Shown: piece by piece, positions 48,409 to 58,217 of the stretch | How positions within the stretch are numbered: the stretch's first letter is position 1 | Layout of the letters: each line of letters begins with the position of its first letter | NCBI GenBank assembly: GCA_965238175.1 | Contig: CBDEGZ010000003.1 | Location: forward strand, 2,560,001 to 2,624,000 | Direction of reading: 5' to 3' | Source of the DNA: Gammaproteobacteria bacterium | Lineage (GTDB): Bacteria; Pseudomonadota; Gammaproteobacteria; CAJXQU01 | Length of the DNA: 64,000 nucleotides | Notes under the pieces: model-generated | Told to the model about the DNA's origin: nothing | The model's database searches: none | The model's input: only the letters and a program-made list of their open reading frames with translations | Made by a program: the position numbers and the translations under genes

Positions 48409-51105
48409 ATGAAAGTAAAAAAAATCATTCTTTTACCATTTCTGACAATAACTTTGTCGCTTTCAGCTTGTCTGTTTAAATCCGATTCTGTCGAAAAACA
48501 TTTTGAAAATGCTAAGGCATATGCTGCTGGTGAATATAATGCTGCGGCAATTGTGGAATTGAAAAATATTTTAAATAACCTTCCTGGGCATACTCCATCG
48601 CTTTTGCTGTTAGATAAAGTAACAAAAGGTCCAAACAAAAGTAAAGAAATACTACCTTATCTCTATCGTGCACAACAAGCAGGAGTAGAAGATACAAGGA
48701 TAATTTATCGACTAGCTAAGGCCTATCTCGCACTCAAGCAGTTTAAGGCTGCACAAAAAGAGCTTGATTCACTTACCTCAAATATTTCAAATCCAGAAAA
48801 ATTAGTAACATTAGAAATTTTACGCGCTGAAACTCTAATAGGGCAGCGCAAATATAAAAAAGCTCAGAAAACATACAACAATCTTCTAAAAGATAGAAAC
48901 AATGAAATTATAGCTAAAATAGGTTTAGCAACCATTTCAATACAAAAAGTAGCCGACCAATTACCACATCATCCATCATACTCAAATATTAAGCTACCAG
49001 GTGATCAATTTTTATTTGACTCATCTCAACAGTCAAGCACGGCAACATTATCAAAAAGCATGAAAAAACATCTGCTGATAGGTAAGAAATACATAGAGCA
49101 AGTACTTGATGTAGATACAGATAATCTTACAGCAATCTTAGCACTTGCAGAAATTTACTATTTAGAAGGTAATTATTCAAAAGCAATTGATTATGCAAAT
49201 CATAGTTTAACGATTGATAAACAAAATATTAAAGGATTACTTATATTTTCACGATCAAATATATTACTTGGTTATGTTCGGTCAGCTAAATATAGTCTGC
49301 TCCAATTATTAGCAATTGACAAATCAAATCTGCAAGCAAAAAATACACTCGCCGCAATCCATCTTAGTCAAGGTCGTATAAAAGAAAGTACAGATCTTTT
49401 AATACCTTATCTGAAAAAAGGTGTTAAAAATGAAGATCTCTTTATAAATCTCGGGATTGCTGAGCTAATCAAAAATAATGTCAAAGAAGCGCTAAACTAT
49501 TTCAAGAAAGCGGTTATACACTTTCCAAAATCTTCCTATGCTTATGCTCAACTAGGAACCGCATACCTTCAAAATGAACAACCCAGACTTGCTTTGGATG
49601 CATTTAAAAAAGCACATTTAAATGAAAAAAATAATTTTAAAATAAGTCTAGGTCTAATTCAGGTCATTTTATCTAATGGTAACATTAGCACAGGATTGCG
49701 TGTTGCTAAAGTTTTGGAGATTGAACATCCAAGATCACCTATCCCATTTCATATACAAGGCAAAGTTTATGAGTTCCAGAAGAGGCAAGCTCGTTCAAAA
49801 GAAATGTATCAAAGAGCACTTAAAGTAGAACCAAAATTTTATCCGTCAAGAGTACAATTAGCACAGTTATTCTTAAAAGAAAATAACATAATAGCTGCAG
49901 AAAAATTATTAGAAGAAGGTTTAAAGCTCTCACATGCACAATTAGAACTCTCCATTGAATTAGCCTCTTTGCAAGACAGCAAAGGGCAACATCAAGAAGC
50001 AATTAATCGATTAGAAACGATCGTTTCAAACTATCCTAGCCATATAGAACCCTTGCTTTCTCTTGGTAAAATCTATTTACAACAAGGTAATCTTAAAGAA
50101 GTTTTAAATATAAAGAAAAAATTATCTAGTATTCATTCATTGCCAGAAAATGTAATATTATTTTTTGCAGATTATTATCGAAAGCTTGGTAATACAACTG
50201 AATTAACAAAGATGTATGCATTGTTAGAAGATCTATTCCCCGCTCACCCCTATTACCAACTACTATCAGCGCAGGCCAACACAATGATGGGGCGATATAA
50301 AAAAGCTAAAGAAAAATACCAGAAAGTTTTATCTGTAATGGGTGAAGATTTTATCCCAGTTTTAACTGGAATAGCAGATCTTGAATTACAACAAAATAAT
50401 ATAGAGATAGCTGAAAATTTAATCGAGATTATCTCCAATAAATCTCCATATATTGTAGAAAATTATCTGCTTAGTGGTAATTTATCTATGCTTAAAAAAA
50501 GCTATCATGATGCTATTAAAAATTTCGCCACTGCCTTCCGAGACACAAATGATCCTCTAATACTCAAAGAAATAACTTCAGCCTACTTAAAAATAAATCA
50601 GCGAAAAAAGGCAGATAAACTTTTAACCAAGTTACAAAAACATTTCCCTGAAAATTCGGATTTCAGCTTGATTTATATAGATCATTATCAGCAAATAAGT
50701 AACTATAAAAAAGCATTTGCAGAAGCTAATCGTTTTCTGGAAATACAACCAAATAATGCACTGATTCTAGATAAGCTAGCCCAATTATATTTAGTTAATG
50801 ATTCTGACGAAGCCTGGTTTATTAGTAAAAAAGCCTATCAAATGTCACCGGAGGCACCAGCTATACTTAATACTTACGGTCAATTATGCCTTAAAAGAAA
50901 ACAATTTGGTGAAAGTCTTGACGTACTACAAAAAGCCGTTATAGCATCACCTTCAACACCTTCATACCAATATCACTTTGCCAAGGCACTCATTAAATCA
51001 GGACAATCAAATCCTGCAAAAAGATTACTAAAATCAGCATTAGCAAAAAATGATTCATTTCCAGAAAGTAAGCAGGCTGAAGCGCTACTATCCGATATAA
51101 ATTGA
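48409..51105 (+). CDS. TPR-repeat lipoprotein, PrsT-like
   Basis: Lipobox LSLSAC; AA.VELKN.L; many TPRs; C-terminal P.ILNTYG...QYH.A.AL...FPE...A..LL as in PEP-CTERM PrsT. Confidence 0.75.
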   Translation: MKVKKIILLPFLTITLSLSACLFKSDSVEKHFENAKAYAAGEYNAAAIVELKNILNNLPGHTPSLLLLDKVTKGPNKSKEILPYLYRAQQAGVEDTRIIYRLAKAYLALKQFKAAQKELDSLTSNISNPEKLVTLEILRAETLIGQRKYKKAQKTYNNLLKDRNNEIIAKIGLATISIQKVADQLPHHPSYSNIKLPGDQFLFDSSQQSSTATLSKSMKKHLLIGKKYIEQVLDVDTDNLTAILALAEIYYLEGNYSKAIDYANHSLTIDKQNIKGLLIFSRSNILLGYVRSAKYSLLQLLAIDKSNLQAKNTLAAIHLSQGRIKESTDLLIPYLKKGVKNEDLFINLGIAELIKNNVKEALNYFKKAVIHFPKSSYAYAQLGTAYLQNEQPRLALDAFKKAHLNEKNNFKISLGLIQVILSNGNISTGLRVAKVLEIEHPRSPIPFHIQGKVYEFQKRQARSKEMYQRALKVEPKFYPSRVQLAQLFLKENNIIAAEKLLEEGLKLSHAQLELSIELASLQDSKGQHQEAINRLETIVSNYPSHIEPLLSLGKIYLQQGNLKEVLNIKKKLSSIHSLPENVILFFADYYRKLGNTTELTKMYALLEDLFPAHPYYQLLSAQANTMMGRYKKAKEKYQKVLSVMGEDFIPVLTGIADLELQQNNIEIAENLIEIISNKSPYIVENYLLSGNLSMLKKSYHDAIKNFATAFRDTNDPLILKEITSAYLKINQRKKADKLLTKLQKHFPENSDFSLIYIDHYQQISNYKKAFAEANRFLEIQPNNALILDKLAQLYLVNDSDEAWFISKKAYQMSPEAPAILNTYGQLCLKRKQFGESLDVLQKAVIASPSTPSYQYHFAKALIKSGQSNPAKRLLKSALAKNDSFPESKQAEALLSDIN

Positions 51106-51123
51106 CTTTGAAGTATTATTTAA

Positions 51124-54045
51124 TCAGGGAGTTTCTTGTAGTTCGACTATTACGTTATCTCGTGAAACCATCTCTTCATCCATTGAAATAAGATATTCGT
51201 TTTCTCTTGCTTCGGTACTTTCAAGAAACGGTCTGATTTGGAATAATTGTAATCGACCTCCTACAAAACCAAACTCTATATCTACAGGTTTAATATCACC
51301 CTTGTCATCTATAAGATCTGGAAATTTTTCAGGCAAATGTTGATATAATTCGATCAATTTTTTTACTTCTTCTTTTTGTAGAATTGCTTCAGAGCCACTC
51401 ACCAAGATATTTTGGATCCCACCTGATTTTCTTAGCACCTTTTTGAATCGAGTATTACTTTGTGCCATCAATATAACTTCAGATGTTTCAGTATTAACTT
51501 TAATCGACTCAGCCTGTTGACCATCAACGGCACCACCAATACCTTCATTAACTGAGATAGAAAGCCATCCACTTTCTCCAGTATTAATATCTTGTGTCAC
51601 CATAACACCCGATTTTTCTGTAGGCACACTTCGCATTAATAAAATAGCGGGATATACATGCTCAGGTTGTTCCATGTGAGATTGTCGCCAGGCAAAAGCT
51701 CGTTTAGAAAACGGAGATGCCCAAACACGGGAGATCGCCTTAAGAATATTTTCATATCCTACTACATTCGGAACAGTCAAATTCAAACCTGCCCCAGTAA
51801 AACCGGCTAGATCTTCAACGTTAGTATCACTACGAACAAAGACACCATATTGACCATCAGTACCAAAAATATCTTGCATTTCTTGCTTTAATCGAAGTTT
51901 AAAACTTCTACCTGGATTTGCATTTTCGATCCAGTTTACCAGTGCTTCACGAAATTCCTTTTCGGTCTTTTTCCTCTGCGTAGAATTAACTGGCATTTCA
52001 TCCACTAACCGATATTGGTCAACCATCCAATAAAATACGCTTTTCCCTGCACCCGGCATAGGTTGTTGCAACAACTGGCTGAAAATGGAAAACGGAATAG
52101 TTATACCGTTAGCAACGGCATCTGGAAAATGATGATAGAGCTCTCCAAGCTTCGCTGCTTTTGGTCCTACTGTCACACCAGAATCGGTAGCCCTCAATTT
52201 AGAAAGTGGAATAAAATTAATATTTTCAAGTTCAAGCTTTTCCAAATCTGGTTTTATTAAGATTGTAGGTCTAGATGGATTTGATTCGAACAAACTTTCA
52301 TAATTTCCATCATCTAGAAACAATCGAACCGCACCCGCCTGACTGACCGCAAGAATAACTTTCTTATTCTCATAGGGTTTTAATTTTTCGATCAAAGCAT
52401 AATCAATACCGACGTTCGGAATACCCAAATTTCTTGCGAGTAACTGCACATGTGAAAGTGGATTCCCTTCACCAGAAGTTAAGATGCCTGCAACGGGTGG
52501 TAAATCAGCGATCGTCTCTGGCAATAAATAAATACCATCACGATCAAATTTAGAAACGTTACCATTTACATTGCCAAGAAATAGAGTGCCGCGCGCTAAA
52601 CCAGGATTCAAGCTTCGAAGTCCGGTACCTGCTTCTTCACCAAATAAATTAGAACGAACTCCAGCAAGTTGATTGGCATCACGTACTAAAGAATTCAGTA
52701 CATTGGCAAAAAAATGTAGCGGCCCACCACGTAATTGATCTTGTATAAAAAACTCAGCCAAGGGTTCAATCTCTGTTAACTTTTTTAAAGAATCATAAAA
52801 GTGAGCTTGTAAGTTCTGCCCTGCCCAACCAGGAATTCTGGAAAGATAATTCAATGCATTTCTATAACGAACGAGACCTATTTTTTGATCACCAATTTTA
52901 TCCAAGGCATCCAGCATCACATCAAATTGTCTTCTCGAAAGTAAGCCTGTTCCATAAGTCGCTTTCAAACTACTCTTTAGCCAGTCTAATTTTTTTGCAC
53001 GAGATGTATTATCTAAGTCGGCAATCAGTTCTCTACCAAGATCAAAATGTTCGGCCTCTAATAAAATGCTTATATCAAGTACATCAAGTCTGACACCAGC
53101 TTTAGGAACGTCGATCAAATGATCACGTAAAACCATCATCGTGTTTGCGGTCGTAGCAAATAAAACCTCTGGGTCACGACTGCTAATTAATCTTGCAGAC
53201 ATATCACGTAACGAGCGTGACATTTGCGGCATTTTTCGCACACGTTTTGATAACCGCGTGATTGGAATATTTAATGCGGGACGCGCATAAATTTCATCGA
53301 TCAAATCCGCCAGTTGAAAAAATTTTTCAGCCTGTTTATTCTCCAACTTCTCCGCATATTCTCTTACAGATTTTGCATCAGTAGAATCAGGAGAAATATG
53401 AATTTTATTTCTCAGCGGTAAGAATTTTCTATCTGAATTCGACAGGTCAATTGCTATTTGTCGCATTTTCAAAACCGATGGTGTATCTATTCCATGCGGT
53501 AATACATGGATGCCTGTTCGTAATGTCAAATATCCACGCGTTATCCAATCTTTCGATTGAACCAGTGTTTGTAATACCCTTCTGGCACCACGAACTTCAT
53601 CTTCAGCCTGCATTGATCCACGATAAAAACGCGATTTACGATTTATCCATCCATCATCGACCGTGGTAAGATAACGTTCGATAAGTAACTGCTTAAATTG
53701 TTCTGCTCTGTCTGGTTTAGACATCAAACCAGAATCTTCATCAGCTAATAATGTCGCGATATAATAACCTTTACTACGCAGAGTTTTTACTTGCTTACTC
53801 CATTCACCGTGTTGTACACCACCACCATGGTCACTACATGCATATGGTTCAGGTGCTAAAATACTACCATCCTGACAAAACCAGCGGAGTCGAGAAAAAG
53901 GACCTCTATCACGTTCCTTCATTTCGGAAATCCATTGTCGATAAGTTGTATTCGCATTTGCCTCTACCACAAATGAAAACAGCATGGATAACAGATAAGC
54001 AACGATCGTGAAAATCGTATTTTTTTTCATAGCACTTTTGGGCAT
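51124..54045 (-). CDS. PEP-synthase/dikinase-superfamily protein with signal peptide; phospho-His domain precedes the C-terminal ATP-grasp domain
   Basis: GNPLSHVQLLARN (His532); VGPKAAKLGEL, VRSD.NVEDL.GF.GAGL, VWAS.F, DIEFG, QIRP; no pyruvate-binding barrel; N-terminal Sec signal ending ANA. Confidence 0.8.
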   Translation of the reverse strand: MPKSAMKKNTIFTIVAYLLSMLFSFVVEANANTTYRQWISEMKERDRGPFSRLRWFCQDGSILAPEPYACSDHGGGVQHGEWSKQVKTLRSKGYYIATLLADEDSGLMSKPDRAEQFKQLLIERYLTTVDDGWINRKSRFYRGSMQAEDEVRGARRVLQTLVQSKDWITRGYLTLRTGIHVLPHGIDTPSVLKMRQIAIDLSNSDRKFLPLRNKIHISPDSTDAKSVREYAEKLENKQAEKFFQLADLIDEIYARPALNIPITRLSKRVRKMPQMSRSLRDMSARLISSRDPEVLFATTANTMMVLRDHLIDVPKAGVRLDVLDISILLEAEHFDLGRELIADLDNTSRAKKLDWLKSSLKATYGTGLLSRRQFDVMLDALDKIGDQKIGLVRYRNALNYLSRIPGWAGQNLQAHFYDSLKKLTEIEPLAEFFIQDQLRGGPLHFFANVLNSLVRDANQLAGVRSNLFGEEAGTGLRSLNPGLARGTLFLGNVNGNVSKFDRDGIYLLPETIADLPPVAGILTSGEGNPLSHVQLLARNLGIPNVGIDYALIEKLKPYENKKVILAVSQAGAVRLFLDDGNYESLFESNPSRPTILIKPDLEKLELENINFIPLSKLRATDSGVTVGPKAAKLGELYHHFPDAVANGITIPFSIFSQLLQQPMPGAGKSVFYWMVDQYRLVDEMPVNSTQRKKTEKEFREALVNWIENANPGRSFKLRLKQEMQDIFGTDGQYGVFVRSDTNVEDLAGFTGAGLNLTVPNVVGYENILKAISRVWASPFSKRAFAWRQSHMEQPEHVYPAILLMRSVPTEKSGVMVTQDINTGESGWLSISVNEGIGGAVDGQQAESIKVNTETSEVILMAQSNTRFKKVLRKSGGIQNILVSGSEAILQKEEVKKLIELYQHLPEKFPDLIDDKGDIKPVDIEFGFVGGRLQLFQIRPFLESTEARENEYLISMDEEMVSRDNVIVELQETP

Positions 54046-54147
54046 TTATCGGTATTAAATCTGCTTTCCTTATTTACTGGGAAGCTATTCTAGAGTTTTT
54101 TATAGTGCAAGCAAATATTGAGCCATAGTAATATGCACAGCTTGTGC

Positions 54148-54612
54148 TCAAATCGCGCCAGAAAAACCCAAATCTGCCCAGGCTTTATAAACTACAACCG
54201 CAACTGTATTTGACAAGTTTAAGCTACGACTTTGTTCTTTCATCGGTAAGGTTAAGACATGGGACTCAGCTAATGATTCAAGTATGTGTATCGGCAGGCC
54301 TTTCGTTTCAGATCCAAATAGCAAAACATCACCAGATTTATGATCCACTTCAGTGTAAACTTTTTGCCCTTTGGTAGAGAATGCAAATAGTCGTTTGGGT
54401 GACTCTTTTTCAAGAAAGGCTTCAAAAGTGGCGTGTTGATCAACCTCCGCCCATTCGTGATAATCAAGACCCGCACGACGCAAAGCACGATCTTCCAGTT
54501 GAAAACCTAATGGGTGAATCAAATGCAACTTTGTCCCCGTATTCGCGCAAAGACGTATAATATTACCCGTATTTGGTGGGATTTCTGGCTGATAAAGTAC
54601 AACGTGTATCAT
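54148..54612 (-). CDS. trmL: tRNA (cytidine/uridine-34-2'-O)-methyltransferase
   Basis: VLYQPEIPPNTGNIIRLC, RRAGLDY, FG.ET.GLP, RSLNLSN; real start ATG 54612. Confidence 0.95.
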   Translation of the reverse strand: MIHVVLYQPEIPPNTGNIIRLCANTGTKLHLIHPLGFQLEDRALRRAGLDYHEWAEVDQHATFEAFLEKESPKRLFAFSTKGQKVYTEVDHKSGDVLLFGSETKGLPIHILESLAESHVLTLPMKEQSRSLNLSNTVAVVVYKAWADLGFSGAI

Positions 54613-54634
54613 AATAAGGTAAGTAAGGAATCGA

Positions 54635-55564
54635 ATGAAAAATAATCTGGCAATCAATTTTTGTGGATTAGACTTAGACTCACCCTTGGTGTTGTTATCA
54701 GGCTGTGTCGGTTTTGGAGAAGAGTATACCCGCATTGAAGGGTTTTCCAACAAAGATGTCGGTGCTATTTGTTTAAAAGGAACAACATTAGAACCACGTT
54801 TAGGCAACCATCCTCACCGGATTATCGAAACACCTGCCGGAATGATTAATGCGATCGGCCTACAAAACCCTGGCACAAAAACAGTTATAGATAACATTCT
54901 CCCCAAACTTGATTTTAATGAAACCCGCTTCATTGCCAACGTTTCCGGTTCAACCGTAGAAGAATATGAAGAAGTCACAAGATTGTTTGATAATTCTCCG
55001 ATTGATGCCATAGAGATCAATATTTCCTGTCCGAATGTAAAAGAAGGCGGCGTTGCCTTTGGAAATAACCCGGACATGTCCGCACGTGTTGTTGAGGCCT
55101 GTCGCCGTGCGACAGATAAACCATTGATCACAAAGTTGTCTCCTAACCAGACCGATATCGCCGAAAATGCCCGTCGTTGTATCGAAGCAGGAACTGATGG
55201 TTTTGCGGTGATCAATACCTTAATGGGAATGGTTGTTGATATTGAATCGAGAAAACCCATCATTGGTAATAACCAGGGTGGATTATCTGGCCCTGCTATT
55301 AAGCCAGTCGCTCTCCTCAAGGTTTACCAGGTTCATCAAGTTGCCAAGAACCATAATATCCCAATTATTGGACAAGGTGGGGTTTGTACAACAGAAGATG
55401 CTATTGAATTTTTGATTGCCGGCGCATCAACCGTTGGGGTTGGTACTGCACTTTTTTATGATCCTCTGGTTTGTAAAAAGATCAGTGTTGGAATTTCTTC
55501 TTACCTTGAAAAACACAAGCTTTCTAATTTGTCCGACCTTATTGGAACACTCCAACTTAACTAA
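54635..55564 (+). CDS. pyrD: Dihydroorotate dehydrogenase, class 1 catalytic subunit
   Basis: NAIGLQNPG, EINISCPN, KLSPN, INTL, GGLSGPAIKP. Confidence 0.92.
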   Translation: MKNNLAINFCGLDLDSPLVLLSGCVGFGEEYTRIEGFSNKDVGAICLKGTTLEPRLGNHPHRIIETPAGMINAIGLQNPGTKTVIDNILPKLDFNETRFIANVSGSTVEEYEEVTRLFDNSPIDAIEINISCPNVKEGGVAFGNNPDMSARVVEACRRATDKPLITKLSPNQTDIAENARRCIEAGTDGFAVINTLMGMVVDIESRKPIIGNNQGGLSGPAIKPVALLKVYQVHQVAKNHNIPIIGQGGVCTTEDAIEFLIAGASTVGVGTALFYDPLVCKKISVGISSYLEKHKLSNLSDLIGTLQLN

Positions 55565-55734
55565 AGCTTTTGTCCGTCAGGACGATAATCTCTGATATTA
55601 GGCTATTAGTATTTTAAAGATGTTAAGCGTCACACACTCTAAAAAATTCAAAAAATGACCGTCTGTCGGCCCATTTTTACCACTCATACCCTCAAAGCTT
55701 GTATATCAATCATTCTGAATCTAAATTTGTCCTT

Positions 55735-56253
55735 ATGGAAAAAAATACTCAATCCAATTCAGGCTTTTCACTGATAGAGCTGATTGTCACAGTAGCCATG
55801 GCCGGTATTCTGATGGCAGTTGCCATCCCAAGTATGCGCGATCTGATGGTCAGCAATCGAGTAGCGGGTTACGCCAATGAATTTCTGAGCGGATTACACC
55901 TTGCGAGAAGCGAAGCTGTTAAACGAGGCTCGCGCGTCACGATGTGCCGCAGTTCGAATGGCACTAGTTGTGCGGGCACAGGAAATTGGCAAGTCGGTTG
56001 GGTCATTTTTGAAGATGATAATAACGATGGATCATTTACTGCGGGAGATGTAATACAGGTACGTGAAGCGTTGGCTAATTCCATTTCTCTGACAGGTAGG
56101 GGTCAAACAGGATCATACGTGTCTTTTATACAAAATGGATCAGCTCAAACAACAGCTGGTGCGGCTCAAAGAGGGACTCTCGACCTAACCCTAGAGAGTA
56201 CATCACGAACTATCACTCTCGCCAGTGTCGGCCGTGTAAGTGTGTCTCAATAG
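55735..56253 (+). CDS. fimT: Type IV minor pilin FimT/FimU (GspH family)
   Basis: GFSLIEL prepilin cleavage site; ARSEAVKRG..V.MC. Confidence 0.9.
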   Translation: MEKNTQSNSGFSLIELIVTVAMAGILMAVAIPSMRDLMVSNRVAGYANEFLSGLHLARSEAVKRGSRVTMCRSSNGTSCAGTGNWQVGWVIFEDDNNDGSFTAGDVIQVREALANSISLTGRGQTGSYVSFIQNGSAQTTAGAAQRGTLDLTLESTSRTITLASVGRVSVSQ

Positions 56254-56274
56254 ATGATTCAGGATTAAAAACAC

Positions 56275-56817
56275 ATGTCTAAATCACAACTAGGAATTAC
56301 CTTACTTGAGTCACTTGTTGCTCTATTAGTTTTATCAATTGGCTTGTTAGGAACAGCGCACCTAATGGCAACAGGGATCCAATACTCAAATAGTTCTTTT
56401 GCAAGGACGCAGGCGACCCTTATTGCAGAAAATATTGCCGAAAGAATGCGTGCAAATCCAAATGCAATAGCGGCAATGAACTACAATAATTTCGACTCAA
56501 ATACTATCGCAGATTGTACAACACCTCCTGCAGCCTATTGCCAGCAAAGAGGCACAACAGCACCCGCTAGTTGTACCGCATCACAACTAGCCACCTTTGA
56601 CACTTTTCAAGCTGTCTGTGGCAGTGGCGGATCAACTAAAGGAAACAATGGCGTAAGGGATCTTTTACTCGGCGGCCAACTGACTATCAACTGCGATGGT
56701 GCTCCCTGTACAGCGACATCGACTTATACCATTCGAGTGGGTTGGAACGAAACCGAATTAGTAAATAATACCGATACCACCAATACCAAAATGGTTCAAC
56801 ATGTGATTCTTCCATGA
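56275..56817 (+). CDS. pilV: Type IV minor pilin PilV
   Basis: GITLLE.LVAL.VLSIGLLG; AERMRAN. Confidence 0.9.
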   Translation: MSKSQLGITLLESLVALLVLSIGLLGTAHLMATGIQYSNSSFARTQATLIAENIAERMRANPNAIAAMNYNNFDSNTIADCTTPPAAYCQQRGTTAPASCTASQLATFDTFQAVCGSGGSTKGNNGVRDLLLGGQLTINCDGAPCTATSTYTIRVGWNETELVNNTDTTNTKMVQHVILP

Positions 56818-56850
56818 GTCTCCATTTCTGATCAAAATAAGGAAAACACT

Positions 56851-57576
56851 ATGCAATTCCCCAAGCAAAAATCTATAAAGGGACAAAAAGGCTTCTCTTT
56901 GATTGAAATGATGGTCGCCATGTTAATTGGTTTATTTCTATTGGGTGGCGTTGTTAGTGTTTATATCAGCAGTTCGCAGTCCTCAAGAGTTAACAACGGT
57001 TTAAGAACAATGCAGGAAAATGGTCGTTATGCGCTGACTTTGTTAAGAAACTCAATACAAATAAGTGGTTATATTTCAGATTATGATCCCTCAGCAGTAA
57101 TCGATCCATTTCCAGCAGCCAGCAATACTAGTATTACCGTGAGTTATGAAGCCGATACTGATTGTACCGGCGCGAATACAACAACATATGCAGCACCAAA
57201 TACTGGGATAGTGCGAGATTCCTTTCAAGTAAATACTGATAACGAACTTACCTGTATCCCACGACAAACTAACAGCCCTCAAATTCTGATCGAAGGTGTT
57301 GATGCAATGCGTATTCTCTACGGGCTAGATGATGATAATGATGGCACAGCCGATCGCTACGTTAGTGCAAATGTTGTAAATGCTGTAGGCCCTACAGCAT
57401 GGCAAAACAATGTGAGTAGTGTTCGTATTGCTTTGCTTATGAATTCGGTCACCAATATCAAACCTACAGCAGATACAAAAACCTATACCTTGTTGGATAC
57501 AACGACAACCCTCACCGATCGAATGCTACACAAGGTGTTCACAACAACTATTTTGATCCGTAACCGAATAACATAG
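56851..57576 (+). CDS. pilW: Type IV minor pilin PilW
   Basis: GFSLIEMMVA, QENGRYAL, YGLD.D.DG, VRIALL, TTI.IRN. Confidence 0.9.
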   Translation: MQFPKQKSIKGQKGFSLIEMMVAMLIGLFLLGGVVSVYISSSQSSRVNNGLRTMQENGRYALTLLRNSIQISGYISDYDPSAVIDPFPAASNTSITVSYEADTDCTGANTTTYAAPNTGIVRDSFQVNTDNELTCIPRQTNSPQILIEGVDAMRILYGLDDDNDGTADRYVSANVVNAVGPTAWQNNVSSVRIALLMNSVTNIKPTADTKTYTLLDTTTTLTDRMLHKVFTTTILIRNRIT

Positions 57577-57579
57577 GCA

Positions 57580-58140
57580 ATGGGCATGGAGCATACAACT
57601 ATGAATTTTACGGCACCTGAAAAACAGCAAGGTATTGCTTTAGCTGTTAGCTTAATCTTTCTCGTTTTAATCACCATCATTGGCGTTTCATCCATACGCG
57701 GCACCACGATGAATGAACTGATGTCAGCAAACGCGCAACAAAAAAGTGCTACTTTTCAAATCGCAGAATCGGTGATTGAGGGCGTCTGGGATACCGGCTA
57801 TGTCCTGAGAAATACACCGTCACAGATAACCAACTCACCCGCAGTAAACCTGACGGTGGATAAAAATAATTTCGATTTCAATACCAGCTTTGATGTTCCC
57901 GCCCATGGTGGCTTAGCAGCAATTAACGTCAATGCTCAAGCAACACTTCAATATTGTGGGGAAGATTTCAAACTTCTTGGTTATTCACAAAGTGCCGATG
58001 AATCAACACCCGCCTTTGTGGCACATGTTTATAGTATTCACGGCGTTGGTGAGATTGCAGCAGCAAATGCATTTTCCGATCATGATCAACGTGGATATTT
58101 AATCCGTCCTGAAACCGGACGCACTGGCAACTGCCCATAA
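57580..58140 (+). CDS. pilX: Type IV minor pilin PilX
   Basis: QQGIALAVSL (no Glu5), FQ.AES. Confidence 0.85.
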   Translation: MGMEHTTMNFTAPEKQQGIALAVSLIFLVLITIIGVSSIRGTTMNELMSANAQQKSATFQIAESVIEGVWDTGYVLRNTPSQITNSPAVNLTVDKNNFDFNTSFDVPAHGGLAAINVNAQATLQYCGEDFKLLGYSQSADESTPAFVAHVYSIHGVGEIAAANAFSDHDQRGYLIRPETGRTGNCP

Positions 58141-58217
58141 TTTCACCCTTAATTTCATATGAACACTGAAGACACACAGCTTGAATATGGATACTCAAAT
58201 AGCTACTTGGAATACAA

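Noticed and set aside
54613-54807. N-terminal extension of TrmL overlapping pyrD
   Set aside because: Antisense shadow of pyrD; TrmL homology starts at ATG 54612
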